64,000 nt of DNA from a bacterium (GTDB lineage: Bacteria; Electryoneota; JAOADG01): positions 2,496,001-2,560,000 of the forward strand of contig OY820579.1 in assembly GCA_963681965.1 (NCBI GenBank). The letters are read 5' to 3'. Shown here piece by piece: positions 8,741 through 19,321 of this stretch. Every line of letters begins with the position of its first letter. The first letter of the stretch is position 1. Made by a program: the position numbers and the translations under genes. The notes below the pieces were generated by a model. The model saw only the letters and a program-made list of their open reading frames with translations, had not been told where the DNA came from and ran no database searches.

Positions 8741-9752
8741 AGCGATCCTCACCTACTCGGCAATGTCCTCTTTTCTCAATTGTAACCGCCAATATTACAA
8801 CCGTGACATTCGAATGCTGGTTACGAAGGATCGTGATCCGGTTTTGGATTTTGGTTCCGTATGGCATGGTGCCTTAGAGCGGTGGTACACATCTGGCGAT
8901 CAGGTTGCCAAGATTCGTGGAATTCTCAAATACATCGATGATAGTTTCCCGAACCGAGAACGTGACCCGCAACAGAAACGTGACTGGTTCATGCTGCATG
9001 CCATGTTTGAGGAGTACCTCGAACGTTATCCCGAAGAAGCATTCGACGTCATTGCTGCCGAGACCAAGTTCGTACTCCCTATTATTAATCCTTCGTCGGG
9101 TCGTATTAGCCGCACGTTTTTACTCTCCGGTAAAGTCGATGGACTGATCCGTATGAAAGACTCTGGCGAGCTGTACGTAATGGAACACAAGACCGCAGCC
9201 AAAGTCGATGAATCATACCTTGAAAAGCTCCCGCTTGATTTTCAAATCAACCTCTATTCCTATGCTCTGTCGCGCCATTTAAATCAACCGATTACCGGTG
9301 TGCTGTACAACGTGGTACAGAAAACCACCATTCGCCAGAATCCCGGTGAATCGGAAGACGACTTCGAGAAACGCCGGGCAGTATTAATTGCTAAATCCAA
9401 GACTGGCACGACCACCGCCAAACGTCAGTTACCGGAATCGGATGATGAATTCCGGGACCGGATGCGCTCAAAGTATCACGAACCGGAAATGTTCATACGT
9501 GAGCAGCTCTTGATTTCACGCGCTGATCTGAACCGTACCGAAGACTATGTCTGGAAAATTACCCAGAAGATCCTAGCTGAAATGAAAGCCGGAGACTGGC
9601 TCGGTAATGGTGGTTGCTGCTTCAAGTATGGCAAACCATGCCAGTATTGGGCGCTTTGCCGCAGTGGCGACAACGATTTGGTGCGCGAGAATTGTTATGA
9701 CGTAAAGCAACCGCACGAAGAATTGGCGGAAGAAGCAACCCCTTTGTTTTAA
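8733..9752 (+). CDS. PD-(D/E)XK (RecB/Cas4-like) phage exonuclease
   Basis: TYSAMSSFLNC, FGSVWHGALE, GKVDGL..MEHKT, QINLY, C-terminal Cys cluster. Confidence 0.85.
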   Translation: MNRAILTYSAMSSFLNCNRQYYNRDIRMLVTKDRDPVLDFGSVWHGALERWYTSGDQVAKIRGILKYIDDSFPNRERDPQQKRDWFMLHAMFEEYLERYPEEAFDVIAAETKFVLPIINPSSGRISRTFLLSGKVDGLIRMKDSGELYVMEHKTAAKVDESYLEKLPLDFQINLYSYALSRHLNQPITGVLYNVVQKTTIRQNPGESEDDFEKRRAVLIAKSKTGTTTAKRQLPESDDEFRDRMRSKYHEPEMFIREQLLISRADLNRTEDYVWKITQKILAEMKAGDWLGNGGCCFKYGKPCQYWALCRSGDNDLVRENCYDVKQPHEELAEEATPLF

Positions 9753-9767
9753 TTGAAAGGATACAAA

Positions 9768-10511
9768 ATGTCGTTACTACCGACCGCCAAAACGCCACCT
9801 AATGTGACGCTGGCAAATCAGACAGTTCTACTTTGGGGTCCTGCAAAAGTAGGAAAAAGTGAATTCTGTTCTCAAGCGGAACCGGCACTTTTTCTTGCTA
9901 CTGAGGCAGGGCTCAACCACCTGAACGTTTTTCAAACACCCATTGCTAGTTGGGACGATTTTCTTTCGGCTTGTAAGGAAATCGCTGAGGGTAATCATTC
10001 CTTCCAGACCATCGTGGTTGATACTGTCGACAATGCTTACCGGATGTGTACCGAATACATCTGCAAGTTGCACAATATCAAACACGAGTCCGATCTCGGT
10101 TACGGCAAGGGTTACGCGCTCGTCAACAACGAATTCTACCGCGTGCTGAACAAGTTATCACTTCTACCCTACGGTTTGTTTTTGATCTCCCATGCACAGG
10201 AAAAAGAAATCGAGTCGCGTACCGGCAACTACACCAAGATGGTCCCAACGTTGCCAGAAAAGTCGCGCAAGATTGTACTCGGAATGTGCGATCTGATTCT
10301 ATTTGCCGATTTCGAGGATGTGGTGAATGAAGATGGGAGTGTTACGCAACGTCGTGTCATTCGTACTAAACCGACCAAATACTACGAAGCCGGTGATCGT
10401 ACCGGTAATCTCCCGGAAACTCTTGAACTCAATTTCAACAAATTCATCGCTGCATATCGCGATGCGGTAGCTGCCAATTCCAACACGCCCAAGCCAGTTG
10501 AGGTGAACTAG
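9768..10511 (+). CDS. AAA_24 / Sak4-like ATPase (single-strand annealing)
   Basis: Walker A GPAKVGKS, TIVVDT, LISHA; lies between the nuclease and DUF669. Confidence 0.85.
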   Translation: MSLLPTAKTPPNVTLANQTVLLWGPAKVGKSEFCSQAEPALFLATEAGLNHLNVFQTPIASWDDFLSACKEIAEGNHSFQTIVVDTVDNAYRMCTEYICKLHNIKHESDLGYGKGYALVNNEFYRVLNKLSLLPYGLFLISHAQEKEIESRTGNYTKMVPTLPEKSRKIVLGMCDLILFADFEDVVNEDGSVTQRRVIRTKPTKYYEAGDRTGNLPETLELNFNKFIAAYRDAVAANSNTPKPVEVN

Positions 10512-10513
10512 CC

Positions 10514-11017
10514 ATGACTCCAAACAATGAAGCCGTCGATCTCTCCCAGTGGGATGAGGAATATGAACAAGCACAAGTCGAAGAGCGCAGTCACGAAGAA
10601 GTTCCTGATGGTAAGTATCAGGTAAAAGTCGACATGGCTGAGTTAACCAGCACCAAAACAACCGGTGATCCAATGTTGAAATGGACATTCGTGATCCTCG
10701 GACCGCAATTCGCTGGACGCAAACTGTGGAAGAATGCAGTTATTCGCGGTGAAGATTCAGTGAAGTACATCAAAGGTGATCTGGCTGTATGTGGAATCAC
10801 CTTGCCGAAATTTTCCGCACTTCCACAATACACCGAAAAATTGCTTGATCTCCAACTTGAAATTTCGAAGCAAACCCGTGGTGAGTATTCCAACATCTAC
10901 ATCAACAAGCTGATTTCAGGTGATGCCGCGACTCCCACTCCGAAAACCGGTAACGCCAAACAGAAACCATCTACCAGTTATGCGAAAGCGTCTCAAGATG
11001 CCAGTAAACCGTTCTAA
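10514..11017 (+). CDS. DUF669 family ssDNA-binding protein
   Basis: VPDGKYQVKV..SKTTGDPMLKWTF..GRKLW. Confidence 0.8.
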   Translation: MTPNNEAVDLSQWDEEYEQAQVEERSHEEVPDGKYQVKVDMAELTSTKTTGDPMLKWTFVILGPQFAGRKLWKNAVIRGEDSVKYIKGDLAVCGITLPKFSALPQYTEKLLDLQLEISKQTRGEYSNIYINKLISGDAATPTPKTGNAKQKPSTSYAKASQDASKPF

Positions 11018-11456
11018 TCGATTGTCAATCCTAGTCGACACTCGTGAGCAACATCCATTCGAGTTCGATCCAGCTAGAGTGGAATCCATTCGATTGGGGC
11101 TGGATGCCGGTGATTATTCACTCGCCGGATTCGAACCATTGGTATCTGTTGAACGAAAGTCACTGGAAGATTATGTCTCCAGTTTGATCAGATCGCAGCA
11201 ACGCTTCCTGCGTGAGATGAAAAAACTGTCAGTGATGCAGCACAAATGTGTCGTCGTGGAAGGCGATCTAGTGGATATCCAGCAGCATCGCTATCACTCC
11301 GGTGTTCATCCATCGGCAGTGATTGGAGCAACAATGATGCTCATAGTCGACTTCGGTGTACCGGTATTGTTCTGTTCGAATCGTCAACTGGCATGTGCTG
11401 TAACGGAATCATTTCTGGCTCGTTCGTGGAAGCAACTGACGAAGGAGAATGTGTAG
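10998..11456 (+). CDS. ERCC4-domain nuclease
   Basis: VDTREQ, GDYS, VERKS motifs. Confidence 0.9.
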   Translation: MPVNRSNRLSILVDTREQHPFEFDPARVESIRLGLDAGDYSLAGFEPLVSVERKSLEDYVSSLIRSQQRFLREMKKLSVMQHKCVVVEGDLVDIQQHRYHSGVHPSAVIGATMMLIVDFGVPVLFCSNRQLACAVTESFLARSWKQLTKENV

Positions 11457-11458
11457 CC

Positions 11459-11683
11459 ATGGGACGATTAGTCAATGTGGGTGACACAGTGGAAATCCTG
11501 AATGGACGGTTTGCTGGCGCAATTGGTCGCCTCGTTCAAACTGGTTTTTCCGAGCCGTGTGTTGTGGAAATTCTTTACCCATTGATTGTCGTTGATGTTG
11601 GCGAACAGATCCAAGTGCAGCCTTGTCAGATGCGAGCTGTAGAGATAGTTCCAGAAGAAAAACAGACACGGAGAAAACGATGA
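11459..11683 (+). CDS. Small KOW-motif protein
   Basis: VGDTVEILNGRFAGAIGRL; RBS AAGGAG. Confidence 0.6.
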   Translation: MGRLVNVGDTVEILNGRFAGAIGRLVQTGFSEPCVVEILYPLIVVDVGEQIQVQPCQMRAVEIVPEEKQTRRKR

Positions 11684-11880
11684 CCCGATTTTCCGAAGTG
11701 ATTAGTATCGAGCTATCTCCGGATGAAGCTGATGCATTGTTACTCATTCTGAATGAGGCGCGACAAGAATTGTCACTTCCAGTTGATGCAGTCGTGTACA
11801 GGAACATAATGGAAAAGTTGGGAAGTATTCATGGAGAGCGATCTAATGAAATCCAAAGCAAAGTCACAATCAAACAGTGA
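11680..11880 (+). CDS. Hypothetical protein
   Basis: ATGA overlap with the upstream gene; RBS GGAG. Confidence 0.5.
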   Translation: MTRFSEVISIELSPDEADALLLILNEARQELSLPVDAVVYRNIMEKLGSIHGERSNEIQSKVTIKQ

Positions 11881-14074
11881 ATTGGAACGTCGAAGTGGAT
11901 TCGTTGAGACGGTATTCTATACCAACCCGTCTTATACCACCGGTCGCTTTCACGATGATGATGGTAAATCATTTTCATTTGCTGGCTCAATTCGGATAGT
12001 CGAGAATGAGCCAGTTGTTCTGTTTGGAAAATTTACCATCCATCCTAAGTATGGACGACAGTTTACCGTTGATCGCTTTGAGTATGACTTTCATCCTTCG
12101 GTGGAAGGATTGACCGTCTATCTCGCAAATCATCCTGATATCAAAGGCATCGGCCCGGTAAAAGCAAATAGTATTGCCAGGCATTTTAACGATCACTTTG
12201 AAGCAACTCTGCTTGAGCATCCTGAAGTTATAGCGGAATACGCACAGGTGCCGTTCAGCGCTATTCAACAGTTACAAGCGATATGGACTAAGAACCGTTC
12301 AGAAAACGCCGCTGCTACCTACCTGTCGCAGTATGGGCTCACACACTTTCAGGTTAAAACGTTGCTCGATGAATTTGGCAATAATGTCATCGCACTGTTC
12401 AAAGAAAATCCCTATCAGGTTATCGCTGCTCTTCGTGGATTCGGCTTTAAAAATATTGACATGATTGCCCGCAAAATGGGAGTTCAAAAGGCTTCTCCCG
12501 ACCGCATTCGCGCCGGATTGGTGCACGCAGTTAATGAACAGGTAGATGCTGGACACTGTTGGGTTTCATTCGATGATCTGGTAGAACATGCCAATGAATT
12601 ATTGATTCTCGATACCCTTGATAGTCATGATCAGATCGTTCGTGAGTTGGAGTACTTGCTCGAAGCGAAACAGTTGGTCGAGATGGATACGGATGACCAG
12701 CGTATCGTTGCTCGTCCGGATTTGTATGCAAAAGAAAGAGAACTGACTTATTGGTTTGCCGAGAACAAAGGGGGAAATCCACACTTTCCATCACTGATGC
12801 CATTAGAAGGTATGAACTTGGATTATGCAGAAACGATGAATGAAGGTCAGCTTTCTGCGTTACTAGCAGCAACACATCATCAGATTTCGGTTATCGCAGG
12901 TGGTGCAGGAAGTGGTAAAACCTTTACCGTTGCAGTGATTACGAAAATACTCGAACAGACAGGCTTGAAAGTGACTCTTGCTGCTCCTACCGGTAAAGCA
13001 GCGAAACGACTCGAACAGATGATCGATCACGAGGCGGTCACTTTGCATCGGTTGCTTGGATACAATGGACGCTTTTTTTCAGCTTGTCCAGAGATGCCCA
13101 TCGATACTGATGTGCTGATTGTTGACGAATTCTCGATGGTTGATGTCCCGCTTGCTTGGCAAATGCTCAGCGCTATCGATTGGGATCGTACAGCCATCAT
13201 TTTGGTTGGAGATCCGAATCAGTTACCTCCAGTCGGACCCGGTAACATCCTGCGCGACCTACTGTCAACGAAATTGGTTAAAACCACTGTTCTGGATCGA
13301 ATTGTACGACAAGCAGGACTTCTTAAAGAGAATTGTACAGCAATTCTATCCGGTGAAGTGCGTAAAACTGCTCCTGAAGTTACCGGTCAAACCCGTAAAC
13401 CTTGGTTTATGATCGATCAATTCACCGATATGGAACATGTACGTCAGTTCTTGTTGGAAATGTACACAAAATTACTTTCCGAACGGCTCGGTTTCGATCT
13501 CTTGCGAGATGTGCAACTCATTACACCAACCAAAAAGGGTCCACTCGGTACAGTTGAGCTAAATACTGTTCTACAGCAATTACTCCAGAAAAAGCTCTTC
13601 AATGTTGATGTCACTCCTCCAAAGGTTGGACAACAGCAACGCCGTTTCTATCGGCACGACAAAGTCATCCAGACCCGCAATAATTATGACACCAATGTGA
13701 TGAACGGTTCCATTGGATGGGTGCTGGACAACGACCCCAAGGGCGGTCTTACAGTTGAGTTCGAGAATGGTACTGTGACTGTTATTGAGCAAGGATCGCA
13801 TGAACTTTCGGAATTGTCACTCGCCTATGCACTTACGGTTCACAAAGTTCAGGGTTCAGAATTTCCATGCGTGATTGCTGTGATTCACAAACTGCACACC
13901 TTTATGCACCATCGAAATCTATTCTACACCGCAGTAACTCGTGCCCGCGAAACCGCCATTGTCATAGGCGACCGATGGGGGTTAAAAAATTGTGCTCGGA
14001 TCGTTCAAACCGAGCGGCGACGCACTTTTCTTTCCTTGATTAAAACAAGTCAACCTTCAAAGGTCGCTGTATGA
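11846..14074 (+). CDS. recD2: RecD2-like SF1 helicase
   Basis: HPKYGRQF, HhH GIGPVKA, GGAGSGKT, APTGKAAKRL, DEFSM, GDPNQLPPVGPG, YALTVHKVQGSEF, YTAVTRAR. Confidence 0.93.
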   Translation: MKSKAKSQSNSELERRSGFVETVFYTNPSYTTGRFHDDDGKSFSFAGSIRIVENEPVVLFGKFTIHPKYGRQFTVDRFEYDFHPSVEGLTVYLANHPDIKGIGPVKANSIARHFNDHFEATLLEHPEVIAEYAQVPFSAIQQLQAIWTKNRSENAAATYLSQYGLTHFQVKTLLDEFGNNVIALFKENPYQVIAALRGFGFKNIDMIARKMGVQKASPDRIRAGLVHAVNEQVDAGHCWVSFDDLVEHANELLILDTLDSHDQIVRELEYLLEAKQLVEMDTDDQRIVARPDLYAKERELTYWFAENKGGNPHFPSLMPLEGMNLDYAETMNEGQLSALLAATHHQISVIAGGAGSGKTFTVAVITKILEQTGLKVTLAAPTGKAAKRLEQMIDHEAVTLHRLLGYNGRFFSACPEMPIDTDVLIVDEFSMVDVPLAWQMLSAIDWDRTAIILVGDPNQLPPVGPGNILRDLLSTKLVKTTVLDRIVRQAGLLKENCTAILSGEVRKTAPEVTGQTRKPWFMIDQFTDMEHVRQFLLEMYTKLLSERLGFDLLRDVQLITPTKKGPLGTVELNTVLQQLLQKKLFNVDVTPPKVGQQQRRFYRHDKVIQTRNNYDTNVMNGSIGWVLDNDPKGGLTVEFENGTVTVIEQGSHELSELSLAYALTVHKVQGSEFPCVIAVIHKLHTFMHHRNLFYTAVTRARETAIVIGDRWGLKNCARIVQTERRRTFLSLIKTSQPSKVAV

Positions 14075-16773
14075 TCGATCCCCGGGTTGAACTGCTGCAA
14101 CATTACTTTTTCTCGCGCACTGACAAAGTTGCGTTCTTTGCTTCGTGGGAAAAACCGCAACCAACGCCAGGCGGCGAACTGCTGCCTGCATTGTTGGATG
14201 CGCATATTCGCGGCAGTAAGGCACCTTGGGTAGAAGTCACATTCACCAATCAGAAAGGAAGTGGCTCGAATAAAGGTCGTTTCCGAATTGGATCATACAC
14301 ACCGACTCAAGACGGGTTAACGAAATGGCTATGTATCGATTTTGATGGCGGTCCAGGTCACGCGAATGGACTAATCGACCCGAAAGCTGCAGTCATTGAA
14401 GCATATAAAACTGCATCAAGTCTTGGCATTACCTCACACATCGAATGTTCCGGCGGTGGTCAAGGGTGGCATCTTTGGGTATTCTTCGATCCAATGGTTT
14501 CTGCGAAACAAACCCGAGAATTGGGTTTACTGGTTTGTCCCCGGGACCAACGCTGTCAAAATGGTGAGATGGGTGATCCACTTTCTAATCGTGGACTTGA
14601 GATTTTTCCTAAGCAACCTAAGATAAAATCCAGTGGATTTGGTAATCTCGTCTGGCTCCCCTGGTGGTGGAATGCTGCTGAGGGTGGTAATGAATTTTAT
14701 CAATTCGATGAATCAGATGTGCTTGTTCGTTATCAACCGGAGTCCTTCTCTACGGTAACACCCGAACAACTCACTCAGACAATTGCTGCGCATGTTCGAA
14801 TTGCACCAGAATCGGCACCGACACGTCGAAACACACGGTCAACACAGCTGCCACACACCCCGAAATCGAACAGTTCCGCTTGGGATGAATGGCGCTCGAA
14901 AGCATTATCGAAACTGCCGTTGGAAACAATCTATGGTGACTATTTAACCGGTGGTCATTCGAGTCCTGATTGGCTCGAGTGCCGCGATCCGGCATCGGCT
15001 TCCGGTGATCAGAATCCATCCGCAGGTGTTTCTACCGGAACAGGATCGGTCGAGCGTGGATCATTCCACTCATTTCTCACCGGTGAAACGATCTCGATTT
15101 TCGATTTTCTGATTCGAATCGGAAAGGCATCAGACTTCATTTCAGCTCGCGAAATCGTTACCAGTCTTTCCGGTGTAGCACCATTTGTAGAATCATCTAC
15201 ATTGCATTCTTCACTTCCAGAAATTGCTGTTAACAATCGGCAGCTTTCTAATATTGTAGATGATGCTTGGAATGCAATTCACCATTGGAACAAACCACCT
15301 AAAATGTTCCAACGAGGTGGTACTCTCGTTCGTTTGCAAAAGTCTCAACTATCCGAGCGTTACCAGCTTGAAGTGATTAATGAACCGGCCGCCTATGGTA
15401 CACTCTTCCGGACCGCGCGATGGATAAAACATGTGGATGGAAACGTCACGGATGCACATCCTCCGCATGATATCGCTAAGGATTTACTCTGTAATGTAGA
15501 CCCAAAACTTCCACCCATTGAAGCGGTAATTCATACACCGGTTTTCGGTCGTGATGGGACACTACTTACAACCTCAGGCTACTGCCCTAACGATTCGCTT
15601 TGGTTGCAGTTACCAGATCAATTATCTCATCTGGAAATTCCCCAGCATCCATCTTCACAACAAATTGTTGATGCAGTTTCCCTGTTAACGAATGAGTTAC
15701 TGGTCGACTTTCCATTTGTGTCCGATTCCGACCGTACCCATGCAATTGCAGCGATGATACTTCCATTTGTTCGTCCGATGATTACTGGTTGCACACCACT
15801 TCATCTAATCGAAGCGCCAGTCGCCGGTTCAGGTAAGGGACTGCTTTGCAACATTATTTCGATCATTACTTCCGGCTATTCTGTTCCATCGCGAACACTT
15901 CCAAATGACGATGATGAACTGCGAAAAATGATCACTTCGGAGTTACTGAAGGGTAACCCAATTGTCCTACTCGATAATGCCGATGAACGGAAGCGCCTCA
16001 ACTCGCCAACCTTGGCATCGGTGTTAACCGCTGAATACTGGACAGATCGATTTCTCGGATCATCCAAAATGGTGACGATGCAAAATCTTCCATTGTGGCT
16101 GCTCACTGGAAACAACGTACGCATGTCGCAAGAATTGATTCGTCGCGTCTTGCGTTCCCGATTTGATACCCGTGTTGAACAACCCTGGCTTCGCGAAAAC
16201 TTCCGCCATGATGATTTGCGGGAATGGACACGTGAGCATCGTCCAGAGCTGGTGGCGGCCATTCTCACAATCATTCAGACTTGGATTAATGCCGGTAAGC
16301 CAGCAGGTAAAAAGAAACTTGGTTCCTACGAAGAGTGGTCAAAAGTGATTGGTGGAGTTCTATCTGTTGCTGGTATTCCCGGTTTTCTCGGAAATCTGGA
16401 GGCTCTGTATGATTCCTCTGACCCTGATCGTGACATGTGGCGTGAACTTGTAGCTGCCTGGTGGGAAGAATGGCGTGAAACCCCGGTCAAAGTTTCCGAC
16501 TTGAATGAATTCTGTGAACGGACGGAATTATTAAATGGACTACGCGGTGATGGCACCCCTCGTTCGCAACAAACAAAACTTGGCACCGCAATTCGCCGCA
16601 TAGTCGACCGGGTATTTCTGAACTATCGGGTAGAGCAATCGAAGGATTGGAAAGTCACCAATGGAAAAACGATTGCCTACAAGTTGGTCGAATTGCCTCA
16701 AAATGGTGCTGCAGAAATTAATGGCGAATCTGAACCCAAGATTGACCTTAGCAACTTCGATTGGGATGAATGA
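14071..16773 (+). CDS. AEP-family (TOTE-like) primase fused to a C-terminal P-loop helicase-like domain
   Basis: WLCIDFD, ECSGGGQGWHLW, GNLVWLP; C-terminal APVAGSGKG, LLDN, TGNN. Confidence 0.8.
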   Translation: MIDPRVELLQHYFFSRTDKVAFFASWEKPQPTPGGELLPALLDAHIRGSKAPWVEVTFTNQKGSGSNKGRFRIGSYTPTQDGLTKWLCIDFDGGPGHANGLIDPKAAVIEAYKTASSLGITSHIECSGGGQGWHLWVFFDPMVSAKQTRELGLLVCPRDQRCQNGEMGDPLSNRGLEIFPKQPKIKSSGFGNLVWLPWWWNAAEGGNEFYQFDESDVLVRYQPESFSTVTPEQLTQTIAAHVRIAPESAPTRRNTRSTQLPHTPKSNSSAWDEWRSKALSKLPLETIYGDYLTGGHSSPDWLECRDPASASGDQNPSAGVSTGTGSVERGSFHSFLTGETISIFDFLIRIGKASDFISAREIVTSLSGVAPFVESSTLHSSLPEIAVNNRQLSNIVDDAWNAIHHWNKPPKMFQRGGTLVRLQKSQLSERYQLEVINEPAAYGTLFRTARWIKHVDGNVTDAHPPHDIAKDLLCNVDPKLPPIEAVIHTPVFGRDGTLLTTSGYCPNDSLWLQLPDQLSHLEIPQHPSSQQIVDAVSLLTNELLVDFPFVSDSDRTHAIAAMILPFVRPMITGCTPLHLIEAPVAGSGKGLLCNIISIITSGYSVPSRTLPNDDDELRKMITSELLKGNPIVLLDNADERKRLNSPTLASVLTAEYWTDRFLGSSKMVTMQNLPLWLLTGNNVRMSQELIRRVLRSRFDTRVEQPWLRENFRHDDLREWTREHRPELVAAILTIIQTWINAGKPAGKKKLGSYEEWSKVIGGVLSVAGIPGFLGNLEALYDSSDPDRDMWRELVAAWWEEWRETPVKVSDLNEFCERTELLNGLRGDGTPRSQQTKLGTAIRRIVDRVFLNYRVEQSKDWKVTNGKTIAYKLVELPQNGAAEINGESEPKIDLSNFDWDE

Positions 16774-16840
16774 AATGCGAAGTCATTGCCTAAGCATGGT
16801 TTGTATTGTTTTCCTGTGGCTCGGCGCTCCGGTGATTTTC

Positions 16841-17133
16841 CCCGAACCTCCGAACCTAGCCGAACCTTCGATTTTGAGGTTCGGGGAACCGGAAAAGCTT
16901 TATCAGAGCGGCTTCAAAGACTTTACCCGAACCTCCGATCCTATGGCTATAGTCAACGTACGTGCGCACGCACGCGCATACGCATGCACACGCGCATGTG
17001 AGTGTAAGGGTACCAAAAAGGTTCGGGTAGGTTCGGAGGTTCGGGTAAGCTTTCTTCAACTCTATGAAAATAATGAAGATGAAATTTCAAAAACTACCCG
17101 AACCTCATGATGCTAGGTTCGGGTGAGGTTCGG
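16841..17133. repeat. Putative replication origin: CCGAACCT iterons, 28-bp inverted repeat, alternating purine-pyrimidine core
   Basis: About 10 copies of CCGAACCT/AGGTTCGG; 16841-16868 vs 17018-17045 match 27/28 as an inverted repeat; immediately downstream of the primase. Confidence 0.65.
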
Positions 17134-17175
17134 GGTACGAATAATCAATCAGTTGATTCAATTGTGGGTAGCATT

Positions 17176-17682
17176 ATGCAATTCGGACTATTTCAAACCG
17201 CTGAGCAATACGACCTCTATGTCGCCATCGATCTGACAACAAAGTCGATGCCGGTATCTGGTAGCACTTCAGCCGAAATCTTGGAAGGGACAAAAACCTT
17301 CCGTCGGCTGGATGCAACGTATCTGCTTTGGCTGGAAAGCCGAGTTGCCAATATCGAATCTGCTTATCGCAAAGGAAAAGCGTCCGTTGGACTATACAAA
17401 ACGGTTCAGCAGCGCTTCGTCGATGTTCAAAAGTGGGCAAGAAATAACATAGATGCTGCCATTCTCGATGCATTGCGCAAAAACTTCGATCCGAAATCAT
17501 ATAGTCCGCCGGTGTCGGAACCTACACCACCAGTGACAGAAAGCTGGTCAGATAATATGCGCGAAGCTTTTGAGGAACGAGCTGCAATCATGGAATACGA
17601 TGGTGGAATGACCCGTGCCGAAGCAGAACGTGCAGCCGAACGAACCGTACGAAATGCTTTTCAACCTGTAATGGGAAGATAG
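17176..17682 (+). CDS. Hypothetical protein with EERAAIMEYDGG motif
   Basis: C-terminal AFEERAAIMEYDGGMTRAEAE motif, common next to phage primases. Confidence 0.7.
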   Translation: MQFGLFQTAEQYDLYVAIDLTTKSMPVSGSTSAEILEGTKTFRRLDATYLLWLESRVANIESAYRKGKASVGLYKTVQQRFVDVQKWARNNIDAAILDALRKNFDPKSYSPPVSEPTPPVTESWSDNMREAFEERAAIMEYDGGMTRAEAERAAERTVRNAFQPVMGR

Positions 17683-17688
17683 AATACA

Positions 17689-18348
17689 ATGACGAAACCC
17701 AGTAAAATCAATACTTCCGTGCGAAACGACCGCGCAAACAAGCCCGCGCTACCGGCTCCAGTTCCGAATTTGCAAGTAAGCGTAAACGAGAAACAGACGC
17801 TGAACGGTGCTGCGATCTGTGGTGTGGTTTCGAAGAAAGGAAACGAGTGCAGCCGAGCAGCGATGGCGAACGGTCGCTGCCGTTTTCATGGCGGGAAACT
17901 GTCCGGAGTAATGATGGCTCGCCCCGGAAATCGCAATGCAGTCAAGCATGGTGCATTTCTGCCTGATATCCAGGACGAACGCGAACAGAATGCGTTCGAT
18001 CTGTTCTTGTCCGATCTTTACGAAGTCTTCCCGGATCTGAACAAAGCGAGCGATCTCCGACATGCTCAGCTGGCTGCCATTACCTATATCCGTTTGCTAC
18101 GTGCGCTTTGGGGCGAAGCTTCAAGCTCTACGATAGACGATCTCTCCCGAGCGTTCACGCGGCACCTTGCGGCAATACGGGTAAACCGTGACCAACGGGT
18201 GAGCGAGACCGATGCCCACGCAGGTCCGAGATCGCCTGCCGAATATGCGGTTGAGATCATTCAGCAGGTTCGGATGTATTCGAAGGGTGGTGCTTCTCCA
18301 GTTTCAATCGATCCCGTTTTGCTCGGGTTGGACGTAGAAAATGACTGA
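17689..18348 (+). CDS. HGGxSTG-domain protein, putative terminase small subunit
   Basis: C..C..NGRCRFHGG and PGNRNAVKHG; position upstream of terL. Confidence 0.7.
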   Translation: MTKPSKINTSVRNDRANKPALPAPVPNLQVSVNEKQTLNGAAICGVVSKKGNECSRAAMANGRCRFHGGKLSGVMMARPGNRNAVKHGAFLPDIQDEREQNAFDLFLSDLYEVFPDLNKASDLRHAQLAAITYIRLLRALWGEASSSTIDDLSRAFTRHLAAIRVNRDQRVSETDAHAGPRSPAEYAVEIIQQVRMYSKGGASPVSIDPVLLGLDVEND

Positions 18349-18480
18349 GATGCTTCAGGGGCTAAAGTGTCATAATTCTATCGCTTGTGATTTCAAAGCG
18401 ATAGAAATGAATGATTCTAATCTGGATTATAATAATCAGGATTATAATCTTTCAGCACGCAGGCATGACATGCAGGCAGG

Positions 18481-18738
18481 TCAAGCATCGAGGTCGTCAA
18501 GCCCATCTCCGATTGTGCACTCCCATTCCTTACCGACCTGTTCGATCAAATCGGAATGTAAACGCAGCGATTCTGCAAACTCTTTTTGTCGTGCTTCGTG
18601 TACTACGTTCACCAATGCTTCCCTGCAAAATGCGGCAAGGGATATTCCTTTTGACCTTGCCATCTTCTGTGCAGCCACTTTTAGTTCCAGCGGAACCGTG
18701 ATCGTCATTCGAACCATGCGTTCTGATATTTTTGCCAT
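18481..18738 (-). CDS. Ribbon-helix-helix (CopG-like) regulator
   Basis: RMTITVPLELKVAAQKMARSKGISLAAFCREAL; RBS GGAG. Confidence 0.7.
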   Translation of the reverse strand: MAKISERMVRMTITVPLELKVAAQKMARSKGISLAAFCREALVNVVHEARQKEFAESLRLHSDLIEQVGKEWECTIGDGLDDLDA

Positions 18739-19321
18739 GTTTACTCCTGGGTTAGATCGCCACAGAATGCGTCTCCCGAATTGCCAAATCAAGTGTCGCC
18801 AGAAAAACGGAAAATACCCATCGCAGACCATCGCAAATTCGTTACGAGAAATCGCGACTTACGATCTAACTCGTGAGAATATCAGCAGGGAATCGGTATT
18901 CTGCGATTGTACCTCGGGCGGGGTGGCAGCTGCGTCGTCTTGGAATTCTGTTCAAATTCCGACGTGTGTCTGCTGTGTCCAGAACGTGTCAGAAGGTCGC
19001 TCTGATCGAAAATACAAAGACTTAGTAGATTTGCTGGTATGTCACGCTGGCGAATGTGTTCAAACGGCAGGGGTGGATTATGGAAATAGTTATGGATCAA
19101 ACTGCATAACTCGCAACAATTCAAAGGTTTGGCGATCTGTTCGAATATGTTCTGTCACCGTAGTGAAGTTTCGTTGGCCCAAGTTCTGGATCTTTCAATC
19201 GCAACCGCGAAACGCAACCGGCAAAGCTCGAAGCGAAAAACGCAGGGTAGCCCCAAAGGGGGTGTCTGGCAGGGTATTAGGGTCAAAATTCCGAATCAAC
19301 AGTGAAACTCTGGCTCGAAAC

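Noticed and set aside
8733-9752. Cas4-like nuclease as a sign of CRISPR-Cas
   Set aside because: No array or other cas genes; it sits in a standard phage nuclease-Sak4-SSB recombination module.
16661-17110. ORFs of 149, 71 and 67 aa over the iteron region
   Set aside because: Their translations are dictated by the DNA repeats (RAHARAYAC, ACACVCAC); better explained as a non-coding origin.
16841-17133. CRISPR-like array
   Set aside because: Repeats are only 8 bp, in both orientations, with irregular spacing and no unique spacers.
18425-18450. GATTATAAT tandem/palindromic motif
   Set aside because: Short and AT-rich, seen at one locus only; insufficient support for a binding site.
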